Part shown: positions 8,717-19,160 of the stretch, piece by piece | Position numbering within the stretch: position 1 is the first letter of the stretch | Layout: the number at the start of each line of letters is the position of its first letter | Source of the DNA: an uncultured Acidobacteriota bacterium | Lineage (GTDB): Bacteria > Acidobacteriota > Terriglobia > Terriglobales > Acidobacteriaceae | Direction: 5' to 3' | Assembly: GCA_963832785.1 (NCBI GenBank) | Contig: CAWHVF010000011.1 | Coordinates: 80-64,079 of the forward strand | Length of the DNA stretch: 64,000 nt | Notes under the pieces: model-generated | Seen by the model: only the letters and a program-made list of their open reading frames with translations | Told to the model about the DNA's origin: nothing | The model's database searches: none | Made by a program: the position numbers and the translations under genes

Positions 8717-9754
8717 TCACGGCCGCTTAGCTGTAAATGGTGAAAGTGGCATCATGAAACCTTCGGGTCGAATTAATCTGATTGTTTGCCGTTCCACGTT
8801 ATCACCTATTTGCGCAGTAACGAATTCCGGGAAGGATACCTGTGCAACTTGGTCACTCTGGTTATAGATGTAGAAGATGAACGGGTGATCCGGACCTGTA
8901 TCTATTTTCTGTATGGCAATCGGCCAATCACGAGACAAGGAAACATCTCCAGACCTCGACACGCCCGGCTGCTTAGGGTCTTTAATTACCTTCCAGAAAG
9001 TCAGATGAAGCGTAAGTCGAACATTAAATAACGCCGTAGCCGAATAGTTTGTTAATCGACACTCATCGAATCTATTTACTGGCGGAAGGCCTAGTTTATA
9101 GCCGGGCTCGCCGAACATTTCCGATAGTCCCCCACCCCCTGCCGGAAGAGGCCATAAATCAAGTACAAAAACTCTTCCCTCTTTTGGTACTATCGGAGCA
9201 AGTCCCGAATGCCATTCAACTGATAAAAAATGCTGCCCAGCGGATGCGCTGGTTGGCGGTCTGGGTGGAATAGTTCCAGCTTCCGGATGCGATGGCTGCC
9301 CTTGCGTTTGTGGAACAAGTCCGGGTGCTGTACCAAGAGTCTTGGACGTTGGCGAATCCTTTGACTTTTCCTGTCCTAGCGCCGGAGGTGTTACCACCGC
9401 TGGCTGTGTGCGGCGATCCCATACTGAAAACAACGATATTGCTACTATGCCCCAACACAAAAGACCGCACGGCGTCGCAACCCAGCGGTTGCGTACTTCC
9501 CTCCATGCCAGCCACAATGGTACAGCCGATACCAACCACGCAATCCAGAGCAGTGCTTTAGCAAGCTGCGTTGGTGGCAAGAGCAAGCCGCCCGCGACTA
9601 ACACGGCAGCCACCACAAACGAGACAAGTCCCCAAAACAGATTTCTCTCGTAGAATGGCACGTGACGTTGCTCGGGCTGGATGGGCGGAATGGCAACCTG
9701 TCCAGGGGCTTGTTGGGCTCCGCCGCTATTCTCGCTATTGCCGCCGGAATCCAT
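8717..9754 (-). CDS. Hypothetical membrane protein (three N-terminal TM helices, Pro/Thr-rich linker, C-terminal globular domain)
   Basis: Long ORF with hydrophobic helices (LFWGLVSFVVAAVLVAGGLLL, ALLWIAWLVSAVPLWLAW, LLCWGIVAISLF). I recognise no family. The region is visibly more AT-rich than its neighbours. Confidence 0.5.
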   Translation of the reverse strand: MDSGGNSENSGGAQQAPGQVAIPPIQPEQRHVPFYERNLFWGLVSFVVAAVLVAGGLLLPPTQLAKALLWIAWLVSAVPLWLAWREVRNRWVATPCGLLCWGIVAISLFSVWDRRTQPAVVTPPALGQEKSKDSPTSKTLGTAPGLVPQTQGQPSHPEAGTIPPRPPTSASAGQHFLSVEWHSGLAPIVPKEGRVFVLDLWPLPAGGGGLSEMFGEPGYKLGLPPVNRFDECRLTNYSATALFNVRLTLHLTFWKVIKDPKQPGVSRSGDVSLSRDWPIAIQKIDTGPDHPFIFYIYNQSDQVAQVSFPEFVTAQIGDNVERQTIRLIRPEGFMMPLSPFTAKRP

Positions 9755-9856
9755 CTCTGGGGATTGTACCGCCTCGCGTGAAATACACAGTCCCGACTAA
9801 AGTCGTGCCTGATATAAAACCGCGCTATATCCTAACTGTGGTCCTGGCCTAAACGC

Positions 9857-10129
9857 TTACCGCCCTCCTGACACCGCGGGCACAATTTCAATCTGGTCGC
9901 CCGCTTTTACCGCCGTGCCCAACTGGGCGGCGCCCAGCAGTTGACCGTTGAGAAAGATGGCCATCATCGGGTTGACGACCTTCTCCTCGGACCAGACCAG
10001 GCGCGTCAGTTTGGGATACTGGTCCGTGAGGACACGCAGGGCAAACTCCACCGTCGCGGCCGCGACTTCGACCGAGTTGATGCCACCGATGCGGTCCGCC
10101 AGAAGGCTGGTGAAACGGATGCGTACCAT
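9857..10129 (-). CDS. MoaD/ThiS-family ubiquitin-like small protein
   Basis: MVRIRFTSLLADRIGG...VKAGDQIEIVPAVSGGR has the beta-grasp pattern and ends in GG plus one residue. Its ATG overlaps the AOR stop (ATGA at 10129). Confidence 0.65.
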   Translation of the reverse strand: MVRIRFTSLLADRIGGINSVEVAAATVEFALRVLTDQYPKLTRLVWSEEKVVNPMMAIFLNGQLLGAAQLGTAVKAGDQIEIVPAVSGGR

Positions 10130-11958
10130 CAGAGCGCGGCAATCTCCTTGTCGAACACCGCCCAAACCCGCTCGCTGAGAGCGGAAAAGAACTCGCGGGT
10201 AACGAACGGGCCAATGCCCAGCTTAGTGTTAGGGCGGTCAAACACCTGCGCGGGCAGCGTGTAATCCGCGCGCTCGTAGCCCTGCTTGCGTTCCAGCCAC
10301 AGGCCGCGAATGTAGGCGCGCCGGATGGCCGCCAGCATCGCCTCCGGGGCGACATCCAAGCCGATCTCGTGCTTCACCGCCAGGGCGATATTCTGCGGCG
10401 TGGCCCCGGCGAATTTGCACAGTCCGGACATGTCGTCCTTCACCTGAAAGAGGCCGCGCTCGGTGATGGCCTTGACCCAGTACTCGAAACTGGTGTCGCC
10501 TTCAAAGGCCAGAAGCAGGTGCGTCGCCATGGACATGTGCCCGCCGGCAATGGCCCAGGGATACCCAGGGTTCGAGTCGGGCAGGTAGGCCGGCAACTCC
10601 AGGCCCTTGACATGCATGGCGTAGGCAGTTTCGCCCATCTTCGCGGAGAGCCGTTTGACGCCGTGTCCGATCTCCGGATAGCGGCCCCGGCCGGTCTCCT
10701 GGATCAGTTGCTTTACCTTCTCGAAGTCGCCGAAGGTAGCGCCGTTGCAGATGCGCCGCTCGGGATGCCGCTCGTTGTAGTCGAGCACGTAGGCAATGGT
10801 GGTGCCGAGGGAGATCTGGTCCATCCCCAAATGGTCGGCCATGCTGATAAGCTCGGCCGCCAAGTGCGGATTATCGATTCCGATATTGGTCGAGAGCAGG
10901 TTCACCGGCTCGTAATCGAATTTCGCCAGGAACCTGCCGCGCGAGCCGTCGGCTTTTTTTTCGTAGACGTTCTTGTGGCAATGAATGCCGCAGCGGAGGC
11001 AGGATTCGGCCTTGATGACAAACTCCGGCTCGACGTTGTCGCGAAACATCTTCTCCACCAGGCCGTCGGCCCTGGGACTGAAGTTGTGCTGCGGCACGAG
11101 GTGGTATTTCTCCAGGGGAACGTAGTTGGCCCAGGTACCGCCCAGGCCGCCGCGCTCCTTCTCGCGGAAGCGGCGCGAAGCGGGCCCGTTGCCGATATCC
11201 TTGATAAAGTCGCGCAGTTCCGGCTTGATCTTGGCCGGCTGCTCGGGCGCCTGGGCCACAATGGCGATCACATTTTTATAGCCGAGCACGCTGCCCATGC
11301 CGCCGCGGCCAGCCCAGCGGCACTTGTCGTCGCCGGACTTCAGCAGGTTCTCGGTGCTCAAGGCCACGGCGCCGAAATAGCAATTCTCATAGTTCTCGCC
11401 GGCCGGGCCGATCACCGCGAAGTGGGCGTCGGGGTAGTCTTTTTGCAGCAGCAGCATCTTCCGGTAGCACTCCAGCCCAAGCAGATGGCTGGCAGGTTTG
11501 AGTTCCACCGTGGGCCCGCTGTCGCCATGGCGAACCACCAACATGACCGGCTCGCTCGACCGTCCCTCCAGGATCAGCTCATCGATTCCCGTCCATTTCA
11601 GCTTGGCACCGAAGCTGCCGCTGCCCGCCGACCAGATGGCCGCGGGCATGCCCTTATTGGAAGCCTTCAGCGGGCTGTAGGCGGAGAAATAAGCGCGCAA
11701 GCCGGTCATCACGTTGGAACCGGTAAGGATGCCCGTGTTCACCACCACCGGGTTTTCCGGCGAGTAGGCATTGGTCACGGTGCGCTCGCCCAGAAACTGG
11801 AAGGAGCGGCCGAATCCGCCTATGGCCTCTTCCAGGTTGCGGCAGGGCACCTCCTCGAAGCGCATCTGGCGCGTGGGCAAGTCGATAGTACAGCGGGAGT
11901 AAAGAACCGCCTTGGGATCATTGCGGGTTTCACTGGTCTCTCTGAAGGACAGTCGCAT
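10129..11958 (-). CDS. Aldehyde:ferredoxin oxidoreductase family (tungstopterin/[4Fe-4S]) enzyme
   Basis: 609 aa. It carries AOR N-domain-like sequence, the Cys motif CLRCGIHCHK and DDMSGLCKF (DxxGLCxF). Confidence 0.85.
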   Translation of the reverse strand: MRLSFRETSETRNDPKAVLYSRCTIDLPTRQMRFEEVPCRNLEEAIGGFGRSFQFLGERTVTNAYSPENPVVVNTGILTGSNVMTGLRAYFSAYSPLKASNKGMPAAIWSAGSGSFGAKLKWTGIDELILEGRSSEPVMLVVRHGDSGPTVELKPASHLLGLECYRKMLLLQKDYPDAHFAVIGPAGENYENCYFGAVALSTENLLKSGDDKCRWAGRGGMGSVLGYKNVIAIVAQAPEQPAKIKPELRDFIKDIGNGPASRRFREKERGGLGGTWANYVPLEKYHLVPQHNFSPRADGLVEKMFRDNVEPEFVIKAESCLRCGIHCHKNVYEKKADGSRGRFLAKFDYEPVNLLSTNIGIDNPHLAAELISMADHLGMDQISLGTTIAYVLDYNERHPERRICNGATFGDFEKVKQLIQETGRGRYPEIGHGVKRLSAKMGETAYAMHVKGLELPAYLPDSNPGYPWAIAGGHMSMATHLLLAFEGDTSFEYWVKAITERGLFQVKDDMSGLCKFAGATPQNIALAVKHEIGLDVAPEAMLAAIRRAYIRGLWLERKQGYERADYTLPAQVFDRPNTKLGIGPFVTREFFSALSERVWAVFDKEIAAL

Positions 11959-12235
11959 TAAGGGTCTCCATAGCCATCGCGCCCGCTATGGCCGGAAGCG
12001 GCCGCGGGCGGGGTTCGGTCCGGGAAGATCGACGTAAAGCGAAATGGTAGCATCACTCGCGCGGCAGTACCAGCTTTCAGCAGCGACGCTCGTTACGGGC
12101 GTTATCGCTTATTCTTGAGCCCACACGCGACCGAGCGGGGCGGAAGATTCCCGGAAAGAGGCTCTGGATGCAGTAGGCGTATTACGTCATAATTGATTGC
12201 CCATAATGATAACCATATGACTGGGAGAGGCAATC

Positions 12236-13075
12236 GTGCATAAAAAATGGGAATTGCACAACTTGGACGGCTCTAAAGCGCGCGCCCTGCGGCCCGCAAC
12301 GTTGTTCGATCTCACCGGAAAGACGGCAATTGTCACCGGGGCTGGCGGCGGGATAGGTTCATGGCTGTCCGCCGGGCTGGCTGCTGCCGGGGCGAACGTC
12401 CTCCTGACCGATCATCCAAAGGCATCGATGGCGGCGACGGCCGAGGCAGTCAAGACGGCGGGCGGCCGCTGCGAGGAATTCTCGATGGACCTGCTGGCTC
12501 CCGAGGCGGTCGATGCCATCATCGAAGCCGCTCGCGCCCGCTTCGGCCGGGTGGACATTCTCGTCAACAACGCCGGGGTCAATCGGCGGGAGCGGATATT
12601 CGACGTGTCGCGGGAATCTTGGGACCTCATCTCAACCATCAACCTGAGAATTCCCTACGAGCTGTCGCGCGCCGCGGCCCGGGTGATGGCTAAGGGCGAC
12701 GGCGGTTCCATCATCCACATCGGTTCGATGAACAATGCGGTCGGTTTGGCGGGCGTCTCCGTCTACGGGGCGCAGAAGGCGGGACTGTGTCAACTGGCCA
12801 AGTCGATGTCGGTGGAATGGGCGGAGCACAAGATCAGGGTCAATGCCATCTGTCCGGCCTTCGTGCTGACCCCGCTGACGACCGCCGTTTGGGACGATCC
12901 GGTCCGCTCGAAATGGATCCTCGATCGCACCTCGTGGAAGCGGCCCAGCTACCCGGATGACCTAGTCGGGTTGTGCCTCCTGCTGGCCTCGAATGCCGGT
13001 GCTTTTATCACCGGCCAGGCGATTTACGTCGATGGCGGCTTCCTGGCCGGGACGCCCTGGGACAAAACGGACTAA
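12236..13075 (+). CDS. Short-chain dehydrogenase/reductase (SDR)
   Basis: TGAGGGIGS cofactor motif, NNAG, and YGAQKAG (YxxxK). GTG start with GGAGAGG SD. Confidence 0.85.
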   Translation: MHKKWELHNLDGSKARALRPATLFDLTGKTAIVTGAGGGIGSWLSAGLAAAGANVLLTDHPKASMAATAEAVKTAGGRCEEFSMDLLAPEAVDAIIEAARARFGRVDILVNNAGVNRRERIFDVSRESWDLISTINLRIPYELSRAAARVMAKGDGGSIIHIGSMNNAVGLAGVSVYGAQKAGLCQLAKSMSVEWAEHKIRVNAICPAFVLTPLTTAVWDDPVRSKWILDRTSWKRPSYPDDLVGLCLLLASNAGAFITGQAIYVDGGFLAGTPWDKTD

Positions 13076-13118
13076 GACCCGGCGCACTGATTAAAGTTGT
13101 TCTTAATAATTAGTTGGA

Positions 13119-13988
13119 ATGGAGAAACCTGTGGTCTCATCCGAACTGGTTCACAAGCTGCAAGAAAAGGCGCTGGTGCTGCGCGAGCACATCGTCAAGG
13201 ACCTGATTGGCGTAGGCAAAGTCGGGCATCTGGGAGGCTCTTCTTCCTGTGCCGAGATCGTGGCGACGCTCTACTTTCACAAAATGAAAATCGATCCCCA
13301 GAATCCGGCGATGGAGAATCGGGACCGGTTTCTGTTGAGTAAGGGGCACGCGGCGCTGGTGCAATATGCTGCCCTGGCCATGGCCGGCTACTTCCCCACC
13401 GAAGAGCTAAAGAAAGTGAAAGTGCTGGGCGGCATGCTGCAAGGCCATCCCGACATGACCAGCACGCCCGGGGTGGAGGCCAACACCGGCTCGCTGGGGC
13501 AAGGCCTGTCGGTGGCCAACGGCATGGCGCTGGGGCTGCGGCTGGACGGCAAGAAGAGCAAAGTTTACGCCATCATTGGCGACGGTGAGCTGGCCGAGGG
13601 GCAGATCTGGGAAGCGGCCATGGCGGCGGCCCGCTTCAAGCTGGACAACCTGACCGCCATCGTCGACCGCAACCGGGTGCAGGCGACCGGCCCGATTGTC
13701 GAGCGCTTCGACATTGGAGACGTCGCTGCCAAGTGGCGCGCCTTCGGCTGGAACCTCATCGAGATCGACGGGCACGACCCGGCCGCCATCATTGAAGCGC
13801 TTGACCAGGCCGATACCGTCAAGGGCAAACCCACCGTCATCATCGCCAACACCGTCAAAGGCAAAGGCATTTCCTTCGCCGAACACAACGCCGCCTTCCA
13901 CAACGGGGCCATGACGGCCGAACAGTACGCAATCGCCATGCACGATCTGGAGAAGCTGCGCCAGCAGCGGCAGGAGAAACAAATATGA
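13119..13988 (+). CDS. Transketolase, N-terminal (TPP-binding) subunit
   Basis: GHLGGSSSCAEIVATLYF, SKGHA and GDGELAEGQIWEA are motifs of split transketolases. Confidence 0.9.
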   Translation: MEKPVVSSELVHKLQEKALVLREHIVKDLIGVGKVGHLGGSSSCAEIVATLYFHKMKIDPQNPAMENRDRFLLSKGHAALVQYAALAMAGYFPTEELKKVKVLGGMLQGHPDMTSTPGVEANTGSLGQGLSVANGMALGLRLDGKKSKVYAIIGDGELAEGQIWEAAMAAARFKLDNLTAIVDRNRVQATGPIVERFDIGDVAAKWRAFGWNLIEIDGHDPAAIIEALDQADTVKGKPTVIIANTVKGKGISFAEHNAAFHNGAMTAEQYAIAMHDLEKLRQQRQEKQI

Positions 13989-14938
13989 GCACCACCAGTC
14001 TGCGGACCGCCTATGGCGAGACCCTGGTTGAGTTGGGAAAAGAGAACAAGAACATCGTGGTGCTGGAGGCCGATCTGGGCAAGTCGACCATGTCGATTCT
14101 GTTCCAGAACGCCTATCCCGAGCGTTTTTTCGAGATGGGCATTGCCGAACAGAACATGGCCTCGACGGCGGCCGGACTGGCGCTGACGGGCAAGATTCCT
14201 TTCATCAGTTCGTTTGCCACCTTTGCCTCGGGCCGATGCTATGACCAACTGCGGCAGACCATCTCCATTGCCAGGCTCAACGTCAAGATCTGCGGCTCGA
14301 GTTCGGGGCTGTCGGATTTCGGCGACGGCTCGACCCACCAGTCGGTGGAGGACATGGCCATCATGCGGGCCATTCCCAACATGACGGTGCTGGTGCCGGC
14401 CGACGCGGTGGAGACGCGCAAGATGGTCAAGGCAATGGTGGGCTGGCGGGGGCCGGTCTACTTGCGGGTCAGCCGCGCCGAGCTGCCCATCCTGACCAGC
14501 GCGGAGGGCGAGTACCAGATCGGCAAGCTCTATACGCTGCGAGAAGGTAAGCACGTGGTGGTCTTCGCCAACGGGGTGATGCTTGCAAAGTCGCTGGAGG
14601 CGGCCGCAGCCCTGGAAACGGACGGGATTTCGGTGAAGGTCATTAATGTCAGCACGGTCAAACCGCTGGACCGGCAGGCGGTCATCGACTGCACGCAGGG
14701 ATGCTGGGGGGCGGTGGCCGCGGAAGAGCACAGCGTAATCGGCGGACTGGGCAGCGCCATCGCCGAGGCGTTGCGCGGGGTGGTCGGCCTGCCGCTGGAA
14801 TTTGTGGGCATCCAGGACCGCTTCGGCACCTCGGCCGAGAACTACCCGGAACTGCTGGCCCATTACGGGCTGACCTCGGAGGCCATCGTCGGTTGCATCC
14901 GCAAGATGCGGCCTTCGTCGGTAGCCTCGGCCAGATAG
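13985..14938 (+). CDS. Transketolase, C-terminal (pyrimidine-binding) subunit
   Basis: FFEMGIAEQNMASTAAGLA and GDGSTHQSVEDMAIMRAIPNM. It has a 4-nt ATGA overlap with the upstream subunit. Confidence 0.9.
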   Translation: MSTTSLRTAYGETLVELGKENKNIVVLEADLGKSTMSILFQNAYPERFFEMGIAEQNMASTAAGLALTGKIPFISSFATFASGRCYDQLRQTISIARLNVKICGSSSGLSDFGDGSTHQSVEDMAIMRAIPNMTVLVPADAVETRKMVKAMVGWRGPVYLRVSRAELPILTSAEGEYQIGKLYTLREGKHVVVFANGVMLAKSLEAAAALETDGISVKVINVSTVKPLDRQAVIDCTQGCWGAVAAEEHSVIGGLGSAIAEALRGVVGLPLEFVGIQDRFGTSAENYPELLAHYGLTSEAIVGCIRKMRPSSVASAR

Positions 14939-15004
14939 CAGGGTGCGACGGCCGGGTGCTATGGCGAGAAAAGCGGGCTAGTCCAGCCTGGGAATAGACG
15001 CGAC

Positions 15005-17210
15005 TTAAGCGTTGTTGGCCGGGTGCGGGCCGAGTTTGATCAGCAACGCGTTCTGCGCGTTGACCGGCGGCTCGCCGGGCCGGGCCGGCCGCCGCAGGTA
15101 GCTGCCATCGGCCTGCATCTCGCGAGCCTTGACGTTGTCAGCCAGATAGGTCGCCAGGATATCGTCGTGCAGGTGGCGGACCATCTGGCGGTCCTCGACC
15201 GGAAACAGCACTTCTACGCGGCGATTCAGGTTGCGCGGCATCAGGTCGGCGCTGCCGAGGTAAATCTCCTCGTCTCCGTTGTTATGGAAGTAGTAGATGC
15301 GGCTGTGCTCCAGGAAACGGCCGACGATGCTGACCACCCGGATATTCTCGCTAATTCCCGGCAGCCCCGGACGCAGGCAGCAGATGCCGCGGCATAACAG
15401 GTCGATCTTGACCCCCGCCTGCGAGGCCTGGTAGAGAAGCTGGATAATTCTGCGGTCGACCAACGCGTTCATCTTAAAAATCAGCCGTCCGTTGCCGTAC
15501 TTGCGCTGATGGGCGATCTCGCGCTCGATCAGCTCGGAAAACTTCCGCCGCAGGTTGGTGGGGGCCACCAGCAGCTTGCGGTAATCGGCCTTGGCCGAGT
15601 AGCCGGTCAGGTAATTGAACAAGTCGGTGGCGTCGGCGGCGATGTCCGGATCGGTGGTAAGCAATCCGATGTCGGTGTAGAGGTGGGCGGTAACCGCGTT
15701 GTAGTTGCCGGTGGCAAGGTGGACGTAGCGCCGGATGGTGTCGCCTTCGCGGCGTACGATGAGCAGCACTTTGCAATGGACCTTGAGCCCGACCAGGCCG
15801 TAGCTGACGTGGGCTCCAGTCCGCTCCAGCGCCCGCGCCCATCCTATATTGCTCTCCTCGTCGAAGCGCGCCTTCAACTCGACCACCGCCGCCACCTGCT
15901 TGGGGTCCTCCATGGCTTCCACCAGCGCCTGCACCACCGGCGCGTTTCTGCCCACGCGGTAGAGGGTGATCTTTATGGCGAGCACGCCCGGATCAACCGC
16001 CGCCTTCTGCACCAGGTCGATGATCGGCTGAAACGATTCGAAGGGATGGTGCAGCAATATGTCGCCGCGGCGCAGGGTGGCGAAGATGTCCTCATCTTCG
16101 TTCTCCGGGTCGAAGGCCGGCGGCAGCGCCGGCACGAACGGCGTCCATTTCAAATCCGGCCGGTTCAGGGCCACCAGATGCTTCAAGCGGCCGAAGGAGA
16201 GCGGCCCGCTCTGCTTGTAGATGCACTCCGGCTCGATCTCCAGGTTGGTAACCAGAATCTTGAGCATGCGGGAAGACATGCCCACGTTGACCTGCAGCCG
16301 CACCACGGCCCCGAAGCGCCGCTGGCGGATGCCTTCCTCGGTCAGCTCCAGCAGGTCCTCGGCGTCAACCTCGGTGGCCTCCAGGTCGGCGTTGCGCGTG
16401 ATGTGGAACGGATGGGCCTCGATGATCTCCATGCCGGGAAAGAGCTTGTGGAGATTGGCCGCCATGAGGTCTTCCAGCCAGATAAACGATTGCTCGCGGA
16501 AGGCGCCGGCGGGCGCGCGGCGGCGCGGCGGGCGGTCGATGGGCACCAGTTGCGGCAACGTGTCGGGAACTTTGATGCGCGCAAAGTGCTCTTCGCCTTT
16601 GTCGTCGCGGATCAGCACCGCCAGGTTCAGGCTCAAGTTCGAAATGTGCGGGAAAGGATGCCCGGGATCGAAGGCCAGCGGCGTAAGCAGGGGAAAGACC
16701 GTGCTGTCGAAGTAGGCGTTGAGCTTGTCCCGCTGCCGCTGCGTCAGGCCGGCGTAGCGCAGCAGATGAATGCCATTGGCTTCCAGCACGGGAAGCAGTT
16801 GCCGGCGGAAACAGCGATACGCGCTGGCCAGCAGCGAGGCGACGTTCTTGCGGGCGGCCTCAAGCTGCTCGGAGGCGCTCATGCCGTCCGGCCCCTCGTC
16901 GGAAACTCCCGAGTCGAGCTGGCGCATGAGGCCGGCCACCCTGACCATAAAGAATTCGTCCAGGTTGGAGCCGACAATGGAAAGGAAAAAGGCGCGCTCC
17001 AGGGGCGGATTGGACGCGTCCTGCGCCTCCTGCAGAACGCGCCATTGAAAGGCGAGCGAGGCTCAACTCGCGGTTGACGTAATAGGAAGGATCATCCAGG
17101 TTGATCGGCGGCAAAGCAGGCGCCTCATCAGCGTCGACCGGCGTCAACGCAGGTCTCTCACCAGCCTCTTGCTTTCCATCTTTCACAGCCAGCGCAGCCT
17201 TGGTTCTCAT
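15005..17210 (-). pseudogene. ppk1: Polyphosphate kinase 1 with a single apparent +1 indel near 17051
   Basis: The main ORF 15005-16948 is clearly PPK1. The authentic N-terminus (DDPSYYVNRELSLAR) lies in ORF 16860-17210. The continuation FQWRVLQEAQDASNPPLERAFFLSIVGSNLDEFFMVRVAGLMRQ is one base out of frame at CGC-C-TTT. Confidence 0.85.
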
Positions 17211-17512
17211 AAGCGGATCTCATTGGGACCGCAGGCAACCAAGAGAGCCTATTCCACCGTTCAAGCCGCCGGAGCCGAGTGACAGGCGGAGCCAACCATC
17301 ATACCCGAGGGGTTTTGCCGTCGTCAGCCAAATGAGCCAGCTTTTAACGGCATTTTAAAGCGGCATTAACATAATATTACTTGGTAGTAACCTGTCGCGC
17401 ATCTCTGCTGCGAGCGGCTCCTTTTGCTGAAGCAGCCCGTGCCCCCTGACGGGGCCCAAGGTTTAAAGTCTTGCCGACGAGAGGCTCTGACGTTATTGCC
17501 GGGAGCTTGCCT

Positions 17513-18307
17513 TCACCGGCTGTGCACGCGGGTGGCGTTCTCGTCTGCCAGGATGGTGCTCCAGATGCCGAACGCCGGGCGCGCCGTGGTAAACGACTGC
17601 AGGGCCGCCTTGTTGCAAATCACCAGAGTGGATCCCCTGGTTTCCACGATGTGCTGTTTTTTCAGTTCAGAGATGAGCCGGGTAACGGTTTCGCGCGAGA
17701 TGCCGATCATCTGCGCCATTTCCTCCTGGGTGAGCAGCATCTTTATGCTGGGGCGGCGATTGTCCGCAGCACTGCCGGCGTTGCTTAATTCCAGGAGCAG
17801 TTTGGCCAGCCTGTCTCCGGCCGAACGCGAAGGAGCGAGCCGGCGCAGCTCCTGGCAGGAGTCGTGGTATTTCTCGCTCAGCTTTTCGGCAATGCGCAGG
17901 GCAACTTCGTTGTGCTGCTGGAGGAAGCGCAAATATTCGTCGCGCCTGATGAAACCGATGCAGCAATGGTCGATCGCCTCGGCCGTCCACTCGTAAGGTT
18001 TGTTGCAGACGACGGCGCTCAAGCCGATAACCTCTCCGGGGTTGGCGACCCTGCGGATGAGGATTTTTCCGTTTACCGACCCCAGCGAAAGCTTCACGCG
18101 CCCCTGGCACAGAATGAAAATTCCGCGCGGCGTTTGTCCTTCGGCGAACACCACCGAGCCTTTGGGATAGATGGAGGTGGACTTGATGGCTTCCAGGCGT
18201 TGCAGGGCCGAGCAGGCCAGGTCACAGAAGCCGTTTTTCGGCTTGGCCTTGCACTCAAAACAGCTCTGGCAGATTGCCACCCCATGAGGTGAAGACATCA
18301 TAACCAT
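17513..18307 (-). CDS. Crp/Fnr-family transcriptional regulator with N-terminal cysteine cluster
   Basis: The N-terminus has CQSCFECKAKPKNGFCDLAC (five Cys). A cNMP-binding-like beta-barrel follows (GIFILCQGRVKLS), then a C-terminal HTH (QEEMAQMIGISRETVTRLISELK). Confidence 0.85.
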   Translation of the reverse strand: MVMMSSPHGVAICQSCFECKAKPKNGFCDLACSALQRLEAIKSTSIYPKGSVVFAEGQTPRGIFILCQGRVKLSLGSVNGKILIRRVANPGEVIGLSAVVCNKPYEWTAEAIDHCCIGFIRRDEYLRFLQQHNEVALRIAEKLSEKYHDSCQELRRLAPSRSAGDRLAKLLLELSNAGSAADNRRPSIKMLLTQEEMAQMIGISRETVTRLISELKKQHIVETRGSTLVICNKAALQSFTTARPAFGIWSTILADENATRVHSR

Positions 18308-18470
18308 CGTACCCCCTGTTACGTGCCATTGGCGGCTGCGCGCCGCCTGGCGCTGTTTGCTGTACCGGGCCCCGGACCATGAGCCAATGCTTTTTCACGC
18401 CGAGAATGCAACCCCATCCCCCAGCCGGCGCCGATTCGCGCTTGGCGGGAAAGGCATTCCGCATATATCG

Positions 18471-19160
18471 CTACTGCGTGCCCACGGAGGCGGTCGAAAC
18501 GGAATTGATTGCCGCCTGCGACCCGGGGCCTAACACGGCCTTGGCGATGACGCTCGTTTCTCTAATAAAACCAGGCAATGCTTGGCGCTCCACCCGCGTG
18601 CAAGGCCAATAGACGAAAACCCAGTCAGGGCTCGATTCTATGCAGAAGCGCTTTACGCACGGCTGAAGCTGGGAAAGCTTGTCGCGGGTGAAGAACTCAT
18701 CGGCGCCCTGGTTATCGCTGCACTGGAGCACCAGCCCCTTTTCCAGTTCGCGCTCGTGCTCCAGGCGGCGGTGGTGCATGGCTTCATTCATGTAACGCAA
18801 CAGGTCTCTGGCGCCGATGCGAAATATGGGAAGCCTGCCGCAGGTGGACCGGAAAGCGGCGACGGTCACCGCCCGTACCGACCGGCAGTGCTGGCCGGCG
18901 CAGATCAGATCACAGACCACCGCGGCGGAATCGCCCACCTTGCCGGTCATGGTGAGATCGAAAATGGCGGTCGGGTCGCACTGTAAGACGGAGAGTTGGC
19001 GGATGTCGGAATCTTTAAACGGGTGGAAGTTGCCGCCGAAGGAGAAGCCCAGAATTTGCTGCTCCAGCGTCCGCCGGCGCCGCTCTCTGTGCTTTTGAAC
19101 CAGAAGCGTAATGGCGACAATAACTACGGTCCAACTGACGAGAAGCAGAACGAGATGCAC
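18471..19160 (-). CDS. Hypothetical protein with N-terminal membrane anchor
   Basis: MHLVLLLVSWTVVIVAITLLV followed by a basic stretch. I recognise no family. Confidence 0.45.
   Translation of the reverse strand: MHLVLLLVSWTVVIVAITLLVQKHRERRRRTLEQQILGFSFGGNFHPFKDSDIRQLSVLQCDPTAIFDLTMTGKVGDSAAVVCDLICAGQHCRSVRAVTVAAFRSTCGRLPIFRIGARDLLRYMNEAMHHRRLEHERELEKGLVLQCSDNQGADEFFTRDKLSQLQPCVKRFCIESSPDWVFVYWPCTRVERQALPGFIRETSVIAKAVLGPGSQAAINSVSTASVGTQ

Noticed and set aside
11959-12235. Possible Moco/Tuco riboswitch upstream of the AOR gene
   Set aside because: A hairpin (CCATAGC...GCTATGG) abuts the GGAG SD. However, I could not recognise the conserved Moco-motif core by eye. It would need a covariance-model scan (Rfam RF01055) to call.
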